Part shown: positions 58,175-64,000 of the stretch, in pieces
Layout: every line of letters starts with the position of its first letter
How positions within the stretch are numbered: position 1 is the first letter of the stretch
NCBI GenBank assembly: GCA_965222605.1
Contig: OZ244960.1
Coordinates: forward strand, 2,144,001-2,208,000
Direction of reading: 5' to 3'
DNA length: 64,000 bases
From: Candidatus Latescibacterota bacterium
GTDB taxonomy: Bacteria; Latescibacterota; UBA2968
Notes under the pieces: model-generated
The model's input: only the letters and a program-made list of their open reading frames with translations
Database searches by the model: none
Told to the model about the DNA's origin: nothing
Position numbers and translations under genes: made by a program

Positions 58175-58746
58175 CCCCTGTCCTCCTCTGCCTGATTTCT
58201 GAACGCAATCAATGCCTCCAGCACGCCTTCTGTTTGCGCGCGGGTTTTAAGATATGTCCAATCAATATCTTGTTGGTATAGAGCCATGAGTTCCTGCGCC
58301 CAATTTCCATCATCGGTTGAATCCCAATGGACATAAGCATCCAGCCGATCAATGATGAGATCTTCCACACCGATGATATAGACAGTCAAATCCTCAATCT
58401 CGACCCGTGTCACCTTATCTTCAGATCCGGCGAGAACATCATCGGGAATCTCAATCGCAATATCCAGCCCCACATGATGCCAATGCCTGCCCATCTGATC
58501 AAACCCCCAGCTTTCCAACAAATTGCCAATTTCGGTTCGCCTTGTACTCACGAGATCGACATCCACAGTGGCATAAGCACCAAGCGTGTAGAACTCCAGG
58601 GCATTGTCACCAACGATGACATAAGGAAACTTTTTCGCTTGCGGCAATGCTGCGACCACAAGCGCGCAAACATAGAGCCGACGGCGCAATGGATCGGCAA
58701 TTGTTTTCGCATAATCGAGTTTTGCACACCATTTTGTTTTTGACAT
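58171..58746 (-). CDS. Nucleotidyltransferase-fold protein (DUF6036-like)
   Basis: IVGDNALEFY..YATVDVDL, EDLIIDRL, IDWTYL. Confidence 0.65.
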   Translation of the reverse strand: MSKTKWCAKLDYAKTIADPLRRRLYVCALVVAALPQAKKFPYVIVGDNALEFYTLGAYATVDVDLVSTRRTEIGNLLESWGFDQMGRHWHHVGLDIAIEIPDDVLAGSEDKVTRVEIEDLTVYIIGVEDLIIDRLDAYVHWDSTDDGNWAQELMALYQQDIDWTYLKTRAQTEGVLEALIAFRNQAEEDRG

Positions 58747-58798
58747 ACGCAATAAAACCTTTGCTTTTTTCTCTACACCACATCCTCGTCGCGAACCA

Positions 58799-59389
58799 TC
58801 ACTTCACCGGTATGGGATTAACAGAAAGGGACAGCGCGCGGTCGCGCTCGCTGCGATAAACAGCCTGAGACAAAAAACCGCGCGCGAACAAATCAGACAG
58901 AAGCGCATCGCGGCGCTTCAGAGCCTCAATGGGATCATTCATCGGAAGCTCCGCACCCTGCGCGAGATCGCACAGAATAAGCACTTCGCCAGCCGTGAGT
59001 TTGGAATGGTGAATATCAAAATGATATAGGGAAGCCCGCTCGAGACCGCGCACGGGACCAAACTGTGCCTGATGCAAAAATGCGGCAACGCGCTTCTCCC
59101 GTGATGTGGACACCAGAAAAAGTGCAAAAACCAAACGGCGAATGGGCTGTTGGGGCGCGAGGGCTTCGGACACGGACCACAGGAGATCTGATGCATCTGA
59201 CCGCGTGTGATAAGCCGTGATCAAATCGGGTATATCGGCGGCATAATGCGAAGTTGGCGGCACATCGAGGGCGCGGTGAAAAGCATTTCGGTAATCCAGG
59301 AAAATCGCAAAAACGCAGATCCCCAAAACGATTGCAGCAATTAGTCTAAAAACATGTCGCACCTTGAAAATCACACATCCTCCACTCAC
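58799..59389 (-). CDS. Degenerate GT51 transglycosylase-like membrane protein
   Basis: TM helix; FLH.AQFG..GLERAS.YHF..LTAGE..L, P.EALKRRD.LL..GFLS; catalytic EDxxFxxHxG motif absent. Confidence 0.55.
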   Translation of the reverse strand: MSGGCVIFKVRHVFRLIAAIVLGICVFAIFLDYRNAFHRALDVPPTSHYAADIPDLITAYHTRSDASDLLWSVSEALAPQQPIRRLVFALFLVSTSREKRVAAFLHQAQFGPVRGLERASLYHFDIHHSKLTAGEVLILCDLAQGAELPMNDPIEALKRRDALLSDLFARGFLSQAVYRSERDRALSLSVNPIPVK

Positions 59390-60099
59390 AGAGTGTACTC
59401 AGCCTGTGTAATATCCGCACCCGTAATCTCATACACGCGAAAGGAATGGGGAGAATCGCGAAAAGCACGCGCCGTCGCAAAAGATATATGGCCTTCTGCC
59501 ATAAGATCCTCCCCCTCGTGATAATGCCCGCTAAGCACGAGTTTGCGGCGCGAATCTGCGAGCAATGCAGCTTTCAACTCCGCCACATCGCCATAATTAT
59601 ATGGATATCCTCCGCTGTGCTCGGGAAATATCAAATAGTGTTGCAAGTGAATTTGCGGGCGCGGATCGCCATCTGACAACACAGATTGAAACCGCGCTCG
59701 TTCCGCTCCAACGCGCTGCGGCACATTGTGATCTCCCTCCTCATCGAAAAAAATGATCACGCGAAAACCCTGCACATCAAAATCAAAAGGCTGATCGGAA
59801 AAAACGCGGCGAAAAGACGTGGGATGATCGTGATTGCCATGCACATACGCAACAGGACAGGAAAGACTGTCAAAACATTCGCGCACGAGATGGAGGTCTT
59901 TTTCCCCCAGCGCAACCGTATCGGGATCGTCCAATGCATCGAGAGGATAATCGACCAGATCACCCGTAACAGCGACCAAATCGGGAGAATGCGCGGCAAT
60001 ATGACGCGCACCTTCGGCTATGAGATCAGGCCCGCACCTGATATTCTCACCAGCGAGATGGTGGCGAAGATGGAAATCGGAAATATGTGCGATTTTCAT
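59386..60099 (-). CDS. Calcineurin-like metallophosphoesterase (CpdA-like)
   Basis: HISDFH, TGDLVD, GNHD, SGHYH. Confidence 0.88.
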   Translation of the reverse strand: MKIAHISDFHLRHHLAGENIRCGPDLIAEGARHIAAHSPDLVAVTGDLVDYPLDALDDPDTVALGEKDLHLVRECFDSLSCPVAYVHGNHDHPTSFRRVFSDQPFDFDVQGFRVIIFFDEEGDHNVPQRVGAERARFQSVLSDGDPRPQIHLQHYLIFPEHSGGYPYNYGDVAELKAALLADSRRKLVLSGHYHEGEDLMAEGHISFATARAFRDSPHSFRVYEITGADITQAEYTL

Positions 60100-60258
60100 G
60101 TGTAATCCTCAGTTATTAGTTGTCAAGTCCAAGATAAACAGAACAAGGGATGTGGTAAAGGTCTGTTTCTCGCCCTTTTTCCCACTGGATTTACACATCC
60201 CGTTTGCCTATATTGCCACCGTCTGTCAACACTTCAATTTTTTTCAGGAGGTCATATA

Positions 60259-60696
60259 ATGCTCGCTGTTGGTGATACCGCGCCTGATTTTCTGGTCAAA
60301 GACCACACAGGCAATGAAGTAAAACTCAGTGATTATCGCGGCAAAACCGTCGTACTCTGGTTTTATCCCAGAGCAGGCACGGGTGGCTGAACGGCTGAAG
60401 CAGTGGGATTCCAGGAGCGAATCCAAGACTATGCAGCTAAAAATGTGCAAATTCTGGGCGTGAGCACAGACAGCGTTGCCGCCAACGCCAAATTTGCCAA
60501 AACACAGGAATTTGAATACCCCCTGTTGTGCGATACAGAACGCGAAATCTGTCTATCTTATGGAGCTTGTCAATCGGCATCGGACCGCGCTGCCAAACGC
60601 ATGACATACCTCATCGCACCCGATGGCGTAATCTCGCAAATCCATACCAACGTGGATGCGCGAAAGCATCCCGAAGCATTATTGCCCACAATTTAG
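60259..60696 (+). CDS. bcp: Bcp/PrxQ peroxiredoxin with in-frame UGA (probable selenocysteine)
   Basis: AGGAGG RBS; MLAVGDTAPDF..VVLWFYPRAGTGG-TGA(60388)-TAEAVGF..ILGVSTDS..YPLLCD..RMTYLI; TGA sits at the peroxidatic Cys position. Confidence 0.88.
60406..60426 (+). promoter_or_regulatory. Putative bacterial SECIS hairpin
   Basis: ggattc-caggagc-gaatcc stem-loop about 15 nt after the UGA. Confidence 0.6.
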
Positions 60697-60764
60697 GGAT
60701 GCATCGACTCGCGGCAGACGGATTGTATTCGTCTGCCGTTTTACTTCACGTACACAGAGCGTGC

Positions 60765-62723
60765 ATGAATACCTTGCCCAAAGAAAACGAAATAGCTTTG
60801 TTCCGCTACAGAAATCGGCTCATGGCGGGTGTGTGTGTCAACATCTCACATACCAGAGCCAGATTTGCGGTATCGGCGCGTACGTCTCACAATGTACCCC
60901 TCGAAAATATTCTTCAAACAACCGGGCATATCGGAAACGACAAATCCGCCGGCACGACGTGGCTCAATCGTGCAGAAACCACAAGCGCCGACATTGACCT
61001 TTGCGACCTGTGGGAACTCGTCGTAGAAGAAGATGAAATCTGGCACCTGAACGAATTGACCGAATTGTATTACAATAACACGCCGACATCGGAACAAATG
61101 TCGGCATTTTTAGTCGCATTGGAAACAAGTGCTCACTTTGATGCCGAAGGACGGGGATTTAGTGCAGTTGATCGAACAGAGGTCAATCACAGGCTGGAAA
61201 TGGTCGCCCGTGACAAAGAGCGAGAAGCGGAACGAGAGGCATTTTTGAAATGGCTCCAATTTCAGGGCACCAGCAAAGACGACTGGATCGACCGGCTAAA
61301 AGACATCGCAATATACGGCGATCAGAGCAAATATGCACACTGGCTGAAACGTCTAACCGGCGAGACCATCTCTGCGCGCAAAGCCTTTGATCGCTTAGTT
61401 GCCGAAGGCGTATGGGACCGGCATGCCTTTGTCGAATTGATACGCGAAGATATACCTCTGAATTTTCCCGACCTGTTGATCAAAGAAGCGGACGAGATCC
61501 AGGCAATGTACAACAGATCGCTATTTGCAAATCGTCAGGACCTGACGTATATGGATACCGTGACCATTGACGACGCATCGACAACAGATATGGACGATGC
61601 AATATCGGTTCAATTTCGGGAAGACGGCAGCTATCAAGTCGGCGTGCATATCACCGATGTCTCCACACTGATCCCCGCGCATTCAGCTCTCGATGAAGAA
61701 GCCAGAAACCGCGGCGCAAGTCTATACTTGCCAGAGGCAAAATACCCCATGTTGCCGCCCGTCCTATCGGAAAATCTGGGCAGTCTTATCCCGCATGAAA
61801 ATCGGTTGGCCGTCAGCCTCCTGTGGGATGTGGGACCAGATGGCATAATGGAAATCCCGACCTGGACACTCTCCGTCATCCGGTGTTGCGAAAAACTGAG
61901 TTATGACGAGGCAGACGCAATACTCGACGACATAACGCACCCCCAGCACGCGATGTTATCGGCCCTATTTGACGCGGCAGAAACGCTTTTGATACACCGC
62001 GTAGAAGCTGGTGCTGTGGCAGTTGACCAAATTGATCGCCGCGTGAATATCTCGGCAGACGGAACCGTAAATATCGAAATAAAAAAACGCGACTCCAGCG
62101 CCGATTTGCTGGTCAGCGAACTGATGGTCAAAGCCAATGTCGAAGCCGCAAAATTGTGTGTTGAACAAAACGCACCCGCGATCTTTCGCGTGCAAAACGC
62201 GCCCGACCTCTCCGACTTAGAACCCACGGACATCGAGCAATTGCACCGGTATCGGGTATTGACGCGCATGCGCGCAGCGACGATCTCATTAGAACCCGGC
62301 CTGCACGGTGGCCTGGGGGTAGAACCCTATTGCCAGACCACATCTCCCTTGAGGCGATTTCTGGACCTGATATCACAGCGACAACTCGTCGCCATCATCG
62401 ACAATAAAGCCTTGCCCTATTCTCTGGACGACCTGACAGAACTCTGTCCCTACGTCGAAGAACGCCTCCGCCTGATCAATCGCCTGGAACAGCGACGAGA
62501 GCGCTACTGGATATTCCACCATCTCTCGCAACACAGAGGACAGGTATTTGACGCACTCGTACTAAATATCTGGGACCAGCGCGCCCGGATCGAAATCCTG
62601 GACTACGCTTTACAAGTTGACATGCGCATATCGGGACAAATCAGCGCGGGTGAACTCATAAGCGTGCGCCTGACGCGGATAGATCCCTGGGCGGATGATA
62701 TTCAATTTGTAATGGAAAAGTGA
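60765..62723 (+). CDS. RNB-domain exoribonuclease (RNase II/R family)
   Basis: TIDDASTTDMDDAIS, VHITDV, RGASLYLP..PMLP, LVSELM..AN, HGGLG..Y..TSPLRRFLDL..QRQ. Confidence 0.9.
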   Translation: MNTLPKENEIALFRYRNRLMAGVCVNISHTRARFAVSARTSHNVPLENILQTTGHIGNDKSAGTTWLNRAETTSADIDLCDLWELVVEEDEIWHLNELTELYYNNTPTSEQMSAFLVALETSAHFDAEGRGFSAVDRTEVNHRLEMVARDKEREAEREAFLKWLQFQGTSKDDWIDRLKDIAIYGDQSKYAHWLKRLTGETISARKAFDRLVAEGVWDRHAFVELIREDIPLNFPDLLIKEADEIQAMYNRSLFANRQDLTYMDTVTIDDASTTDMDDAISVQFREDGSYQVGVHITDVSTLIPAHSALDEEARNRGASLYLPEAKYPMLPPVLSENLGSLIPHENRLAVSLLWDVGPDGIMEIPTWTLSVIRCCEKLSYDEADAILDDITHPQHAMLSALFDAAETLLIHRVEAGAVAVDQIDRRVNISADGTVNIEIKKRDSSADLLVSELMVKANVEAAKLCVEQNAPAIFRVQNAPDLSDLEPTDIEQLHRYRVLTRMRAATISLEPGLHGGLGVEPYCQTTSPLRRFLDLISQRQLVAIIDNKALPYSLDDLTELCPYVEERLRLINRLEQRRERYWIFHHLSQHRGQVFDALVLNIWDQRARIEILDYALQVDMRISGQISAGELISVRLTRIDPWADDIQFVMEK

Positions 62724-62763
62724 GACGAGAAAAGCAACCACAGAAAAAACGCGAGTAATTTGA

Positions 62764-64000
62764 GTGTTTTACACAGATAAACACAGATTAAAGACATCAG
62801 TCCTGGAGCGGAAAAAGGTAGCCCTCTCACCTCTTACGTCTTACCTCTCACCGCCCTGGTGTCTGTTTTGTTTTTTATTTTTCTCTCTTACCGCACACCT
62901 TTGGGCAGACGTGCCCAACGGAGGGTTCGAACAAATAACAGCATCTCAGATGCCTATAAACTGGGTACCCGTACCCGATTCTACGCGGGTCATGGTCGAA
63001 CGCGAACGCGCCCAAAGCGGCAAAATCTCAGTCCTTATGCTGGGTGGCCCGCGGGGTGAACCCACCGCACTGATCAGCGATCCCGTCGATATTCAGCCGG
63101 GGGCTGTTTATGTCTTAACCGGATGGGCGCGAGTTGACAGCGCAAAGGCTTTTGCACGCATCCGATGGCTGTCAGAAGATCAGACCGCGGTGGGCGAAAG
63201 CAGCACAACAACAGAAGTAACAAACGCGTCGTGGATACAATGGACAGGAACTTTTTTAGCACCCACAAAAGCCGTGTTTGGGCGTGTGATTTGTCTCATA
63301 CACGGAAAAGAAGCGGCTTTTGACAATGTGCGTCTGCACAAAATCGCACCGCGAATGCCCCTCGGCCTTCAAGTAAAAGCAGCAGATTTTCCCATACGTG
63401 GCGTGCGCGTCTCAAGAGTGCGCGTGACCATACAAGACAGTATTATTGCGCTGCCTCACCACATGCAGGCAACGGGACAGAACAGTGTGGTTTCTCATGA
63501 TGGAGCCGTGGTTATTTTTCAAGCGAGTCGCGGGCAAATAACCCCCTGGGCACCAATAAAAAATGGCACAGCGACAGCCACATTGCGCGACGCCGATGAA
63601 AATGTGGGCGGCATCTATGTGCGGGCGCGGTTGGCTCATCTCAGCGCCCGGGCCTATGTTGGCGACAAAAAAGCGGCCCGATTGCGCGGTCGTCTTTTTA
63701 ACACCGCGACCGGACAACCCCTATGGGGCCGGGTAATCGTCGCCGATTCTCTGGGTACTATTTTACAGACGGGATTTATAGAAAGCGGTTTTGTTGCCGA
63801 CAGTGCATTTGCAATTGATGTGCCACCCCAAACAGTCACCGTATCCGCAATACGCGGTCTTACGCACTTGCCGCCAGAACCACAGGTCTTGCACCTCGAA
63901 GCTGGTCGAGAACACATGGTAGAATTGCCCTTCGAGCCATGGGCAGACCTCCATGCGCGAGGATGGGTGGCGGGCGAATTTCTCAATAGCACTGCCAATA
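62764..64000 (+). CDS. Partial secreted protein: CBM4/9-like domain, Ig-like domain, start of CehA/McbA-like region (runs off window end)
   Basis: Not in ORF track. Frame open from GTG 62764 to the end: hydrophobic leader, VPNGGFE..YVLTGWAR..AFDNVRL, then WADLHARGWVAGE. Confidence 0.65.
   Translation, partial: MFYTDKHRLKTSVLERKKVALSPLTSYLSPPWCLFCFLFFSLTAHLWADVPNGGFEQITASQMPINWVPVPDSTRVMVERERAQSGKISVLMLGGPRGEPTALISDPVDIQPGAVYVLTGWARVDSAKAFARIRWLSEDQTAVGESSTTTEVTNASWIQWTGTFLAPTKAVFGRVICLIHGKEAAFDNVRLHKIAPRMPLGLQVKAADFPIRGVRVSRVRVTIQDSIIALPHHMQATGQNSVVSHDGAVVIFQASRGQITPWAPIKNGTATATLRDADENVGGIYVRARLAHLSARAYVGDKKAARLRGRLFNTATGQPLWGRVIVADSLGTILQTGFIESGFVADSAFAIDVPPQTVTVSAIRGLTHLPPEPQVLHLEAGREHMVELPFEPWADLHARGWVAGEFLNSTAN

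Overview
Bacterial window with no rRNA, tRNA or CRISPR array seen. The gene content (TonB receptor + T9SS cargo + PorV, GWxTD protein, DUF6785 membrane protein, sulfatases, PhyH dioxygenases, Sel1/ankyrin proteins) suggests an FCB-group lineage such as Latescibacterota/Gemmatimonadota; this is inference. Layout: (1) 1-11 kb, an AT-richer minus-strand DISARM-like operon: C5 methyltransferase, UvrD helicase, DrmA, DrmB, NERD nuclease-helicase, then an unknown gene running off the window. (2) 11-14.6 kb, decayed toxin-antitoxin modules and a tnpB-only IS200/IS605 element. (3) 14.6-47 kb, a GC-richer mosaic glycan-utilisation region with a SusD-less OMP/TBDR/T9SS-cargo/PorV cassette and a 1981-aa three-gene fusion. 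(4) 47-58.7 kb, catabolic enzymes, TA pairs, a Sel1 protein, a MITE and an ankyrin gene split by a second tnpB element. (5) 58.8-64 kb, a transglycosylase-like protein, a metallophosphoesterase, a UGA-containing (selenocysteine) Bcp peroxiredoxin, RNase II/R and a partial CBM-containing gene. All family calls come from motif recognition by eye, not from database searches.
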